64,000 nucleotides of DNA from Candidatus Moanibacter sp. (GCA_965215885.1 CBDCEW010000105.1:64001-128000), one strand, 5' to 3'. Counted from the stretch's first letter, positions 1 to 10,174 are shown. Notes: generated by a model not told the origin, from the letters alone. Translations and numbers: made by a program.

Positions 1-489
1 AAAATTGTTAAGACTAACCGCGTCAAGCGGAGACAGTACGATCCGGCGGCCCTCAATCTCGCTTCGGTCTTTCAGTACATGATTGGAAACACCGATTTCA
101 GCCTGCTGAAAGGTCCTGGCGATGAGCGATGTTGCCACAACGGCCGACCGTTCTCGTTTCCCGATCCAGACGCCCCCTTCGTTCCCGTGCCTTATGATTT
201 CGATATTGCCGGTATGGTCGACACGCCCTACGCGATTCCAGATCCACATTTCGAGCTTGCGAGCGTCAGAGAACGGATTTACCGCGGGTTCTGCCATAAA
301 GCAGGAGTTCTGGAGGGGACCATTGAGGTTTTCCATAAGCATCGGTCCGAGATCACCGAACTGTGGAATACCCAACCGGAGCTCAAACCAAGGATTCGGA
401 AAATCGCGTTGGCCTATATCAGTTCGTTCTACGCCATTATCGACAACCCGAAGAAACGGCAGCGTCGGATTGAATCGAAATGCCGTTGA
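1..489 (+). CDS. Hypothetical protein, C-terminal part (5' end outside window)
   Basis: Frame is open from base 1 (KIVKTNR...VFQYMIGNTDFS...CCHN...VPYDFDIAG). The MIGNTD/PYDFD motifs resemble CotH-like kinase-fold hypotheticals. Confidence 0.6.
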   Translation, partial: KIVKTNRVKRRQYDPAALNLASVFQYMIGNTDFSLLKGPGDERCCHNGRPFSFPDPDAPFVPVPYDFDIAGMVDTPYAIPDPHFELASVRERIYRGFCHKAGVLEGTIEVFHKHRSEITELWNTQPELKPRIRKIALAYISSFYAIIDNPKKRQRRIESKCR

Positions 490-511
490 CGGCACGATTG
501 GCGAGGTCGGC

Positions 512-1696
512 CTATTCTACAGAGGATTCCAGCATTTCAATTACCTCTGTGAGAGGCGAAGGCTTTGGGTCCAGTTTCTCTGCCTTTCTCAAGTATCGGA
601 TCAGGCCCTCCCGGGAATCCGTTGGGAGCGAGAGAGGCGTTCCACGGTGAATGGCATAGGCTTTATCCCGATCGATCCTGAGGCAGGCAACTCTTGATCC
701 ATAGACTGAAGCAAGACCTACGTCCGCGAGGATGACCCGGCCCCCGAACCGCGGCATGATCGCACCGGCGGTGGTGGTATGAGCGATCACGATCCGGTTG
801 ACCTCGTGCTTCTCCACAAGGGCCATGAGATGGGCCATCTCCTCCTCTTCTTTGTGAAGGGCCAGCCCCCGGTACCAAAGAGGGCCCTCCTCGTGGCGCA
901 CCAATCCACCGGACGGGGGATCGCCGCTCTTCAACTCCTCGCGAATTCCGTTGTTGATTTCGGACAGAGTTAGACGAGCGAAAGGGGGCCCTATACCCCC
1001 GTGCATAAATAGAGTGTCGTTGATTTTTATCACCGTGTTCCGTTCGCTCACCCAATCTCCAATCTTCCCACCCGGTATCCAGGCCATACGATGTTCCACA
1101 TAACCAAGCGGATACTCACCTTCCCACTTCTTACGGAAATCACGATCAAAAACGGGCCACTCTGTTTCAGGCTTGGTTCGTTGGAAATATCTGATCGTTT
1201 TCTGAAAATGCTCCTCCTGTAACAAGTGTGAGTCGACGTCAACAAAGGCTTCGTACTCGCCCGGATGCACGAAGCGGAGATCACCATAGGTGTTCATAGC
1301 GTCGTGGTTCCCAATCAGAATGTGGACGTCGCCCTTGGCCCGTTGGGCCTGTTTTTTCAGCTTCTGCAGATGCTTGATGATTTTCAATGTGTCCGGACCG
1401 CGATCCGGAATGTCCCCTAACTGAACAAGATGCGCGCTTCCGCCCTGCCATCGGCCGGAGCGAGAGATGATATCAGCCGATCTGAGCACCGCGAGAAACT
1501 GACTGTAGTCACCGTGAAGATCGCCCACCGCCACAATTTTTTCAACCCCGCTCCACGTGTCGGTCGCGGAAGTCGCAAGAGAGAAAGAAAAGAGCAAGAG
1601 CGCAAGCCACGCCATAAGCAGTCGGCCGTGCTTCCTCCAGACGGTGAAGAGCTCACCGCCGATGGAAAGACGATAGGTGGAGATCTGATTGGCCAT
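512..1696 (-). CDS. Calcineurin-like metallophosphoesterase (Shewanella-like phosphatase), secreted
   Basis: Motifs GDLHG, GDIPDRG, GNHD, HGG, GPLWYRG, AHT and DVG, plus a hydrophobic signal peptide. The true start may be ~1615. Confidence 0.9.
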   Translation of the reverse strand: MANQISTYRLSIGGELFTVWRKHGRLLMAWLALLLFSFSLATSATDTWSGVEKIVAVGDLHGDYSQFLAVLRSADIISRSGRWQGGSAHLVQLGDIPDRGPDTLKIIKHLQKLKKQAQRAKGDVHILIGNHDAMNTYGDLRFVHPGEYEAFVDVDSHLLQEEHFQKTIRYFQRTKPETEWPVFDRDFRKKWEGEYPLGYVEHRMAWIPGGKIGDWVSERNTVIKINDTLFMHGGIGPPFARLTLSEINNGIREELKSGDPPSGGLVRHEEGPLWYRGLALHKEEEEMAHLMALVEKHEVNRIVIAHTTTAGAIMPRFGGRVILADVGLASVYGSRVACLRIDRDKAYAIHRGTPLSLPTDSREGLIRYLRKAEKLDPKPSPLTEVIEMLESSVE

Positions 1697-1719
1697 TTGA
1701 ACTACGGGGCGCCGAAGCG

Positions 1720-1806
1720 TTAGTCCGCCTATTTAGGATGTCGCTTCGCTCGGTACACAGAATAAGCGGACTAACCCGAAAATTGCAAGATGTCTCCCGC
1801 TGAGCG
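1720..1806. repeat. Two adjacent palindromic MITE-like elements; the second is split by the IS4 and continues at 3413-3448
   Basis: TTAGTCCGC...GCGGACTAA, then CTAACCCGAAAATTGCAAGATGTC... An intact relative of the second lies at 6998-7052. Confidence 0.65.
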
Positions 1807-3412
1807 CATTTGCGTTAACCTAAGGAGAAGAAACAAGAGAGGAAATCAAGTCGAGAACGCTTTTCATAGGTGCAGTGTTTGGGGATTTGTTTGAGCCATC
1901 GTGGGATGATCTGATCTTTGGGAATGTGAGAGAGGATGAAGAAGTAGGGAGCAAAGAAGCCAAACCAGTAGGAGAATTTAAGGATACTCAGAGGAGAGGA
2001 CAAACTGGTATTCGAATAGTGTCTAAGGGGACCATAGACGAAGTTGAGTAAGTGGGTAATGAGGATGAGACGGGCGTAGATAAGAAGCTCAACCTGGTAG
2101 GGAGTAGTCTCTTTGACCTGACCGAGATTAAGATGTTGCTTAAAGGCCTTAAAGAAAATTTCGATGCGCCAGCGAAGCCCGTAAAAGCTCAGAATCTGCT
2201 TAGGGCTAAAGTCTTTCTGATGGAGGTTTGTAATAAAGATTTGGAAACCGAGAAGGAAGCTGGTGCGGCTGGTATATCGAAGTCTATTGTCGCGGTTTTG
2301 TCTATGCTCGCGGCGGCGTTTATGGGCCACCTTCTGAGGGAGTTTGACGGCGATCAGACGAACCGGAAGCTTGGCTTTTTTACCCACCCGAACGGGCATA
2401 TCGAGAAGCTTTTGGCCACGTAAAAGTTTGCGTAGATCGAGCTCTTCATCGCCTTCGTTGGCTAAAAGGCAAGTGCCGGTTTTCAAACGACTCACAAAGA
2501 AGCAGCCGCGCTGATCGAGTTGCTTAAAGACATCGAGGACAAAATAGCCTAAGTCGCGCAGGATCAAGTCGTTGGGTTGAGCGAGAGCGAGAATGTCTTT
2601 GGAAGCAGCCTGATCGTTTTTTCGGAAGCTACTGAGGCTGAAGTCAACGAAGGATTCATTGCGCAGATCGTAATAGGCCTGAATCTTCAGTTGAGCCTGT
2701 TTGGAGCCTGTCTGATTGGACGCTCCGGGGAAGAAGGGGGCCAGGACCTTAGGCAAGCCAATCGAAGTGCTGTCGGCAATGAGAACCCGTTCAAAGCTCC
2801 TCATGCAATTTGGAACAGCTCTGCCCACAGGCCCATAAGCTTTAAGTTCTAAAAGCCTCAGGAGCACTAAGGTCATAAAAGCGGTGGCTTTTTTGGCGCA
2901 CTTTTGGACCGCTTGTCTGGAAATGGTGCGGTTGGCTAAGAATCCAATAAGCTCGGCTTCTTTGCCAAGGGACAAGGCCCCCTTAGAAGCCATCGCCAGC
3001 AAAGCCAAAACAAAGTTCAGAGGGGAGATCTTGCGCGATTTCCTCTCTCTAAAACCACTCTGTTTAGCGAGGGCTGTGAGGTTCAACTTACGGAAGGTTT
3101 GACGGATACAATCAGCTTTTTTTATACTTTGCATCCGAAGGATAAATCCTATATATGAACGAATGTACAGTATAAAATGCTGCCAAAGTGAAAAAAAATG
3201 GGGTAGACGGTAAAAGTAGAGAAGATAACCCGACCAAAATGCACTCGCTCAACTGCGAATTTCCTCACCGCTGTGGTCGAAACGAAGCAAATAGAAAAGG
3301 GCGAACAAATGGAGTGGAACCTCGAGGATAGAGACACCCTCATACTCCGCCGCAAAATACCTCGCAAGTCTTTGAATCTGACTAAGTTGCGAAAATAAGG
3401 TTTACGCGTATG
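1807..3412 (-). mobile_element. IS4-family insertion sequence
   Basis: IRs CATTTGCGTTAACCT / CATACGCGTAAACCT (rc). 9-bp direct repeat CGCTGAGCG at 1798-1806 and 3413-3421. Confidence 0.9.
1815..3134 (-). CDS. IS4-family DDE transposase
   Basis: ADST, RDLGYF and the YREK signature (YGLRWRIEIFFKAFKQ). Confidence 0.95.
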   Translation of the reverse strand: MQSIKKADCIRQTFRKLNLTALAKQSGFRERKSRKISPLNFVLALLAMASKGALSLGKEAELIGFLANRTISRQAVQKCAKKATAFMTLVLLRLLELKAYGPVGRAVPNCMRSFERVLIADSTSIGLPKVLAPFFPGASNQTGSKQAQLKIQAYYDLRNESFVDFSLSSFRKNDQAASKDILALAQPNDLILRDLGYFVLDVFKQLDQRGCFFVSRLKTGTCLLANEGDEELDLRKLLRGQKLLDMPVRVGKKAKLPVRLIAVKLPQKVAHKRRREHRQNRDNRLRYTSRTSFLLGFQIFITNLHQKDFSPKQILSFYGLRWRIEIFFKAFKQHLNLGQVKETTPYQVELLIYARLILITHLLNFVYGPLRHYSNTSLSSPLSILKFSYWFGFFAPYFFILSHIPKDQIIPRWLKQIPKHCTYEKRSRLDFLSCFFSLG

Positions 3413-3748
3413 CGCTGAGCGGGATCGGTAGTGAGATTTTCGGGCTAGGCGGGTTGCATCTGGGTTGGCGACAGCTCTCTCAGTAGTGCCCGAGTAAGAG
3501 TGTCAGTCTCAGGTATTCTGTAGACAAGCCATCTTTAGCCCGGACATTACACAGAGTAAGCGGACTATCTAGAGCCTTTTCTAAAAGGGTGAATGCCCTC
3601 TGTCAGCGAACAGGCCTCCTTGATCCAACTTCGGCGAGTTTATTCTTGCATCTTACCGCAATCAGTTGAATTTTTGCCCGAGAGTGAGGCTGGTACACTC
3701 AGGAAGCGTGAGGTTGTGAATTTCGATTCGAACGTCGAACTATTAACC

Positions 3749-4078
3749 ATGACGACCAGCTCTTCACCGCTCCCCTATGAGGACGCTCTCGCGGCGAAAC
3801 CCCTTCATGACGTGAGGCAACAGATTCTTCTGCTGTATCTCGGCGGATCCGACCTTGGGGCGCAAGTCATTGGATGGACGCTCTACGACGGCACCGGTCG
3901 GTATAACTACGACAGTAACGAACGAGACGAACCGATTTACAAAACGGGGCTGGATGCCCTGCGCGCCGGCTGGCACATCGTGCAATGGCCGGTATTGCAG
4001 AACACCAACCCCGTCGACGGGAACGAGTCCGGCTTTCTGCCGTTTGAGTTCGTTTTCGAACGAAAGGTGTTGCCGTGA
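3749..4078 (+). CDS. Small uncharacterised PhyH-partner protein
   Basis: Homologous to 9867 and 31736 (QxILxL, IGWxxY, PxY, AxRxGWxxxQ, LP). GTGA overlap with the downstream PhyH gene. Confidence 0.75.
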   Translation: MTTSSSPLPYEDALAAKPLHDVRQQILLLYLGGSDLGAQVIGWTLYDGTGRYNYDSNERDEPIYKTGLDALRAGWHIVQWPVLQNTNPVDGNESGFLPFEFVFERKVLP

Positions 4079-4935
4079 ACAAGCCGCTCACTGAGGAACT
4101 ACCCGTTAAAACAGGCAAGCCCTTTCCTCTCTTGAACAGCAGGGAGGTCGCGACTTTTGTCAACCAGGGTTACCTGCGCTTCGACGAAATTGTGCCGAGG
4201 GATCTGTGCCGGGAAACCCTGGAATTTCTGACCGGCCCGTCCGCATCCTTTAGATCGTATGAAGGCAGACACACGATCAGCCAAAGTTGGCTGGGAACTC
4301 CCCTCGCTGACGTGTTCTCCATACCGAAAATCAGAGGCATTGCCGAAAGTCTGGTCGGAGAGGAACCCTGGGTGGACGGCCAGGCCATGCACTTACTGCC
4401 GGCCAACTCGCCCGGCGCAACAGGGTTGCACCAGGATTATGAACGCAAACCGTTTCGTTACCGGTTCCGCGTGCTGCTCTCCTTCTTCTTTCACGACGTT
4501 CCCTACGATATGGGCGGCACAGTCTTTCTCCCAGGCTCCCACTTGCGCCGGATGGACCGCTTCCTCTCTCCGGCGAGGTACCATCACATCACCGGCAAGT
4601 TGCCCTGCGTTTGCAAAGCGGGAACCATGTTCATCTGGCATTGGAATATCTGGCACGAGAGGCGAAGCAATCAAACGGACAAATCCCGCTACATGTATAA
4701 GGTCTTTCTTCACCCAAGGGTTCGCCAGCGCCTGATGTGGGATACCCGCGACTTGGACGACCCGGAAATTGACAAGATCCTGACCCGCCCCCAGCCCTGG
4801 TTTGGCGGTGAGGGTCGGTTGGAGGCCCTGAAACGCATAGAGCTCTGGCGTTACCTCACTGGCGATCGCGAAAAAAAGGTGGCATGGCAACCCATCGACC
4901 AGTATCCCAACGACGCTGAGTACGACGAGCTTTGA
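4075..4935 (+). CDS. PhyH-family Fe(II)/2OG dioxygenase
   Basis: FVNQGYL, HQD, GGTVFLPGSH, AGTMF...WH...N...R. Confidence 0.9.
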   Translation: MNKPLTEELPVKTGKPFPLLNSREVATFVNQGYLRFDEIVPRDLCRETLEFLTGPSASFRSYEGRHTISQSWLGTPLADVFSIPKIRGIAESLVGEEPWVDGQAMHLLPANSPGATGLHQDYERKPFRYRFRVLLSFFFHDVPYDMGGTVFLPGSHLRRMDRFLSPARYHHITGKLPCVCKAGTMFIWHWNIWHERRSNQTDKSRYMYKVFLHPRVRQRLMWDTRDLDDPEIDKILTRPQPWFGGEGRLEALKRIELWRYLTGDREKKVAWQPIDQYPNDAEYDEL

Positions 4936-5008
4936 AGGCGGCAAAATTGCGGGATTTTTGTAATCCTTCTTCCTGATTTCTTCTTAGAGCAATTTGGTAG
5001 AAGAGCGA

Positions 5009-6115
5009 ATGCCACTGAAATTCAAAAAAATCCTCATCGACGATCAGCGCTTTGAATCCGCTGGGATCATGGATGTGAATCAGGACGGTCACCTCGATAT
5101 TGTTTCCGGTTCCTACTGGTACGAGGGGCCCGATTTCGTAAAACGGCACATCGTCGCGCCACAGGAGCCGCAGAATGTTGAATATTTTGACGACTTCTCA
5201 ACCATTCCGCTCGATGTGAATGGGAATGGTCTTCCTGACGTTATCACGGGAGGATGGTTTGGAAAACAGCTCCGCTGGCTCGAGAATCCCGGGGATACGG
5301 GTAGAGAGTGGCAAGTCCACGAGTTAAAGGAGATCGGCAATATTGAGACCACCCGCGCCTGGGACATCGACGGGGACGGGAATCTCGAGATCATCCCCAA
5401 CACCCCCAACGAACCTCTCAGGGTTTTCAAGCTCGTCATCGACTCCTCGGGAAAAGGGACCGGGGAGTTTGAAGTTCACTTACTCCGAGAGGAATCTCAA
5501 GAGCACGGTCTGGGATGCGGCGACATCGCGGGGAATGGGCGTATGGATATCGTGCTACGGGAGGGTTGGCTGGAAGCGCCCGAGGCCACCTATGCTGCGG
5601 AGTGGATATGGCATCCCGGATTACCGATAGTGAACAGAGCCAGCGTGCCCATTCTCGTCGTTGATGTCACCGGAAACGGGATCAACGACCTGATTGTCGG
5701 GAGTGCCCATGACTACGGCCTCGACTGGATAGAACACCAGTTCGAGGCCGGCGAACACCGCTGGGTCAGGCATCCCATCGATCCTTATAATTCCCAGTAT
5801 CACGACATGAAATGGATCGACATCGACGGCGACGGAGCGTGCGAACTCGTCACGGGCAAGAGATACCGCGCCCACAGCGGCACGGATTCCGGAGCGCATG
5901 ACGACTACGGCATTTACTACTTCAAATGGACGGGTGAGAATTTTGTGAAAGAGGTCGTCGATTACGGTCCCAAACGCGAAACCACCGGTTTAGGCATTCA
6001 TTTCGATATGGCCGATATGACAGGTAACGGTTTTCCGGACATCGTGGCGCCGGGTAAGGACGGGCTCTATCTTTACATCAACGAGGGAGCCGAGATAGAG
6101 GGTTTCAAGTATTGA
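5009..6115 (+). CDS. FG-GAP/VCBS-repeat beta-propeller protein
   Basis: Repeated DxDGDGxxD-like motifs (DVNQDGHLD, DVNGNGLPD, DIDGDGNLE, DMTGNGFPD). Confidence 0.85.
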   Translation: MPLKFKKILIDDQRFESAGIMDVNQDGHLDIVSGSYWYEGPDFVKRHIVAPQEPQNVEYFDDFSTIPLDVNGNGLPDVITGGWFGKQLRWLENPGDTGREWQVHELKEIGNIETTRAWDIDGDGNLEIIPNTPNEPLRVFKLVIDSSGKGTGEFEVHLLREESQEHGLGCGDIAGNGRMDIVLREGWLEAPEATYAAEWIWHPGLPIVNRASVPILVVDVTGNGINDLIVGSAHDYGLDWIEHQFEAGEHRWVRHPIDPYNSQYHDMKWIDIDGDGACELVTGKRYRAHSGTDSGAHDDYGIYYFKWTGENFVKEVVDYGPKRETTGLGIHFDMADMTGNGFPDIVAPGKDGLYLYINEGAEIEGFKY

Positions 6116-6178
6116 CGGCGGGCATCGACCGTGATTCGGGAAGCCTGCATCGCACGAAAAGCGATTTCTTATCAGTTA

Positions 6179-7001
6179 ATGCAAGACAATCAGAATTCAG
6201 CGGCACGGGTAGGAGATATTCAAGCCGGACAAATCGATCTTTCCGAGAAGGTCGCGCTGGTTACCGGCGGTGGGCGTGGTATCGGCGCCACGATATCGCT
6301 GGTGCTCGCGCAGGCCGGGGCGGATGTAGTCATAAATTACAGTACCAGCCAGGAAGAATCCAAGAGGATACAAGGCAAAATTGAGGCGGCAGGCGGGCGG
6401 GCCGCGACCATTCGTGCCGATGTCGGAGACACCGCTCAGTGTGCAGCGCTCGTCCGTCAGGCTGAAGAGACTTTCGGCCGGGTGGATATCCTGGTGAGCA
6501 ACGCCGGGATCGGCCAACCACACAAGATCGTCGATACCCCCGATGAGGAATGGGAACGAGTGATGAACGTCAATGCGCGTGCCACATTTGCACTTGCCCG
6601 CGAACTCCTGGCTGGCATGATCAAGAGGAAGTTCGGACGGTTCGTTACGATTTCCTCGAACATCGCCGTCTACGGGCGTGGGGGTGGTTCTTTTGCAACC
6701 TACGGGGCGTCAAAAGCGGCCTTAATTGCCCTGCAAGGGGATAGCTCATGAAGGCGCTCCCTTTGTCACAGCCAATGCAATCTGCCCCGGCACCACGGCC
6801 CGAGAGTTAGCGGAAGATAGAACAACACCAATACAAATTCAGGAAGATCTGCCGATGAACTGGTTAGGCATCCCGATGCTCATCAGCCGCAAGGGGACAC
6901 CTGAAGATATCGCCCACGCGGTGAGCTATTTCGCATCGCCTGCCGCAGAATATGTCACCGTGCAAACGCTCCATGTCAGCGGCGGATTGTTCATGCCCTA
7001 A
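6179..7001 (+). pseudogene. SDR/FabG-like oxidoreductase with a frameshift at ~6730
   Basis: TGGGRGIG, SNAG and YGASK in the first frame. NAICPG...GTPEDIA...LHVSGG continues in another frame. Could be a sequencing indel. Confidence 0.85.
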
Positions 7002-7255
7002 CCCGAAAATCTCACTACCGAGCGGAGCGACATCTTGCAATTTTCGGGTTAATGGCGAAACCGATATGTAATTTGCTGAAAAGCAGGTTGTTAAGACTAT
7101 GTAAAGATGCCTTCAAGGATATTCATTTTGATAGACTGTTTGATACTCAACCGTTCGAAGGATAAATACATAAACATTCAACTTACTGAATTTCAGTAAA
7201 TTACATATCGGTTTCGCTTTCTAGTCCGCTTATTTTGTGAAATAAGCGGACTAAC
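6998..7255. repeat. Three back-to-back palindromic elements (6998-7052, 7055-7217, 7221-7255)
   Basis: TAACCCGAAAAT/ATTTTCGGGTTA; a 27-bp IR GCGAAACCGATATGTAATTTRCTGAAA; TAGTCCGCTTATT/AATAAGCGGACTA. Confidence 0.8.
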
Positions 7256-7271
7256 TTCAAAAAGGGAATCA

Positions 7272-8180
7272 GTGGCACAATTAACCCAGTCAGAGGTCGA
7301 CTCATACCGGGACCAGGGCTACCTGCTCCTGCGAGAGAGCCTCAAGCCGGAAGACTTAGCGTCTCTACGCCTGTTGATTCTAGTGCTCGTGGACAAGCAT
7401 GCTCGTAAGCTCTACCGCGCGGGAAAGATATCCTCCCTCCATGAAGGTGAGTCGTTTGAGCGCCGCTTGGCCGTTATCAATGAGGAAGCCAAGCTGGGGG
7501 TGAGCTTGTGGGACCTGACACAAGCGTTCGATTCCCCAGATCTGTTCAACCTCATACGCCATCCGGCGATCCTGGACAGCGTCGAATCGCTGCTAGGGCC
7601 GGAAGTTGCTTGGACGGGCAGCTACGTCACCAGACCGAAGCTACCACAAAATGAGCGAACTCCTTTCCCCTGGCACCAGGATAGTCAATACTATGGCGAG
7701 TCGACCCAACATATCCATGTGGTGAGCATGTGGATACCGTTAGTCGATGTGGACGAGCGCAATGGCTGCCTCTACGTCATGCCGGGCAGCCACAGCTGGA
7801 GTCTTCTGAAGGGCGAACGCGGTGCGGATAAGAAGATACGCACGTTCGAGGACGTCGAAAAGCGGGGCAAGCCAGTCGCCCTGCCGATGAGACCAGGTGA
7901 TATTCTCTTCTTCTCCAATCTCACCTTTCATGCCAGCAAGCTCAATACCACGGACAGGGTGCGCTGGAACGCAGACCTGCGCTATGTGGCGCCTCCCGAG
8001 TCCCAACCGCTGTCGGAACAAGAGCGGCAAGCTTACGACACCCTGAATGCCCACTACCGCGTGGCGCCCATTACTGTCCGCAGCCGTCAGCTGGAGAAGA
8101 TCGCGAACTTGGCGCAACTGCAGGCATTCTCGCGAGCCTGGCGCAACTATAGGCATTCGTCTCCCGGCGTTCGGCGCTAA
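7272..8180 (+). CDS. PhyH-family dioxygenase
   Basis: YRDQGYL, FPWHQD, WIPL, NGCLYVMPGSH, FHAS...R. Confidence 0.92.
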   Translation: MAQLTQSEVDSYRDQGYLLLRESLKPEDLASLRLLILVLVDKHARKLYRAGKISSLHEGESFERRLAVINEEAKLGVSLWDLTQAFDSPDLFNLIRHPAILDSVESLLGPEVAWTGSYVTRPKLPQNERTPFPWHQDSQYYGESTQHIHVVSMWIPLVDVDERNGCLYVMPGSHSWSLLKGERGADKKIRTFEDVEKRGKPVALPMRPGDILFFSNLTFHASKLNTTDRVRWNADLRYVAPPESQPLSEQERQAYDTLNAHYRVAPITVRSRQLEKIANLAQLQAFSRAWRNYRHSSPGVRR

Positions 8181-8289
8181 ATTTTATCATGCTTACGCCG
8201 CTCAACCGGGTGAGCAAACGGCGATGACCGATAACTGGCTTGTGGGCCCCGATCTGTTCTTGCAGAACTACCCGATGCTTGACGAGTTT

Positions 8290-8452
8290 CTAGCCCGGGT
8301 CGGTGTTGACCCAGGGATGCTCCACATCGGGAACGCCGTGAAAGGTGAGCACGAGGATGGCACCTTCCTTTGCCTGCCCGGTCGCCCACACCAGATCGTC
8401 AAAGACCCAGCGAGGTCCGGAGGCACCCGTAGTGGGAACCAGAATCAGATTG
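8290..8452 (-). pseudogene. Fragment resembling a polysaccharide deacetylase C-terminus
   Basis: Minus frame reads LVPTTGASGPRW...ILVLTFHGVPDVEHPWVNTDPG* and ends at a CCGGGCTAG MITE-like end. Confidence 0.5.
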
Positions 8453-8484
8453 CAAAATCGAGTCGGTAAAAGAAATCTTAACCT

Positions 8485-9288
8485 ATGGCAACGGCACTAC
8501 CTCTAGTACCCAGATCAAATCTGGAGGAGTACGTTCAGGCGATGGAAGACGACGGCTTCGCCTATTTTCCAGGGGTGCTCAATGAGACCGAAATCTCCGC
8601 CCTGCGCGAGGCGATGGACAACCTGACGGCGATCGAAGAAAATTACGATCGGCACCCCGACCCGGAAAAGGACGGCTTTCTCAACAAGAGCATCAATAAC
8701 GCTTTTAATCGCGACCCGATTTTCGTTCAATATCTGGACCGGCCCGAAATCATCGACCTGATCGAGGCCGTGCACGGCGCCGACTGCCATTGCATCGGCA
8801 TGACGGCGTGGCTGACAGGGAGCGGCCGGCCGGCGCAGAAGCTGCACGCCGACTGGCAGCCCCTGACCCTGCCCGCGAATGTGATGGAGAATCCGGAGGT
8901 CAAAATTCCGATCTTCATCTCTACCGCCCATTTTTATCTCGACGACATTACAGAGGATTTGGGGCCGACGAACTTCGTTCCGGGCAGCCACCGCGCGGGA
9001 CGCCGGCCTCAGCCGGAGGAAACGAGCTTTAAGGGTGTCGAGGAAAAAAGCATCATGAGCAAGGCCGGTGACTGTGTCGTTTTCCGCTGCGAGGTGTGGC
9101 ACCGAGGCACGCCGAATACCAGTGGGCGGACCCGCTACCTCTTGCAGGTTCACTACGCTCAGCGCATCATCACCCAGAAATTCCCTCCATACCTGAACAG
9201 ATTCCAGTTCGACGAGGAGCTTCTGGCTAAGGCAACGCCGAGGCAGTTGCGGCTACTGGGCGATCATGTGAACAGTAACTACGACTAA
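8485..9288 (+). CDS. PhyH-family dioxygenase
   Basis: DDGFA, LHAD, GPTNFVPGSH, AGD, VWHRG..N...R. Confidence 0.92.
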   Translation: MATALPLVPRSNLEEYVQAMEDDGFAYFPGVLNETEISALREAMDNLTAIEENYDRHPDPEKDGFLNKSINNAFNRDPIFVQYLDRPEIIDLIEAVHGADCHCIGMTAWLTGSGRPAQKLHADWQPLTLPANVMENPEVKIPIFISTAHFYLDDITEDLGPTNFVPGSHRAGRRPQPEETSFKGVEEKSIMSKAGDCVVFRCEVWHRGTPNTSGRTRYLLQVHYAQRIITQKFPPYLNRFQFDEELLAKATPRQLRLLGDHVNSNYD

Positions 9289-9506
9289 CAGCCCGTCGGA
9301 CTCTGTCCGACGGGCTGTTAGAGAACCTGCTTATCTCAAGAGACAAGCAGGTTAGTGTAAATCAGGTAAAAGATACATTGATGAGCTAACGTTTTCTGAG
9401 GGTAGAAGTCGTCTTGAAAGAAACCCACCCCTGTCCCCTCCCAGGAGGGGAAATCAGTGAACGAACCCAGGATCTGAAAGATCCCCTCCTCGGAGGGGAC
9501 AGGGGT
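9285..9506. repeat. Palindromes and REP-like pair after the PhyH stop
   Basis: CTAACAGCCCGTCGGA-ctctg-TCCGACGGGCTGTTAG; AACCTGCTT/AAGCAGGTT; ACCCCTGTCCCCTCC...GGAGGGGACAGGGGT. Confidence 0.7.
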
Positions 9507-9562
9507 CGGTTGAGTCACAGTTTCGCTTGAATATATGTCGGAATGCGTCCGCACCCTGCCAG

Positions 9563-9697
9563 CGCTTGACAGGTTCCCCGGGTTGGACAGCCTTCGAACG
9601 GTGAAGCAGCTCCGTTAGGCTGGATGCCGTGGACCTTTTAATGAATATACTTGAGAACGATTTCTTGGTCAGCTTGCCGATTCTCTGCAGGCATTAA
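9563..9697 (+). promoter_or_regulatory. Conserved upstream region of the partner-PhyH module, copy 1 (TTGACA promoter plus possible 18-aa leader ORF at 9641-9697)
   Basis: GCGCTTGACAGGT...TGGrCAGC and GATTTC(T)TGGTCAGCTyGCC...TCTCTGCAGG are shared with 31087-31217. Confidence 0.5.
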
Positions 9698-9866
9698 AAT
9701 TTGAATGCACTACATTATTGATAATTGATCCCGCTGACCCCGCGTTCTTGCGAACTACAATATTTCGTAAGTCGTTGAAATTTGTAGCCGTCCCGCTCGG
9801 CGGGATCAGAAAGTGGTCATGATGTTCGAAACGACGACTTTTTTACCGTAAATGAAAAACTGAGAC

Positions 9867-10174
9867 ATGCATCTCGTACAAGACATCCTCGTGCTCTTCC
9901 AGACCTCGCCCGGGCTCGACTCGGAGGCGATTGGCTGGTCCAGGTACGAGGCGTCCAAGGGCACCGGAATAAACGACCTCGTCGATGAGGTGGAACCCCC
10001 GTATCGAAATGCCATGGAAGCCATGCGGGACGGTTGGCAGGTAATCCAGATGTCCGAGCTCACGCCGCGCAGGCCCGACGATGCCTACGAAGACGGTCCC
10101 CTGCCCTGCCCTGCCAGACTGTTCTGGCCAAATTCCGCGATATGGAAGACGAAGAATGCGAAGTGCAAACATGA
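9867..10174 (+). pseudogene. PhyH-partner protein frameshifted by an extra CCCTG unit (~10098-10114)
   Basis: Close paralogue of 31736-32038. Removing 5 bp restores the frame and the ATGA overlap with the PhyH gene. Confidence 0.8.

Noticed and set aside
6726..6751. Programmed frameshifting in the SDR (also in the sulfatase at 24026-25514 and IS copies 1 and 3)
   Set aside because: There are no slippery motifs, and indels differ between near-identical IS copies. This fits assembly error or decay better.
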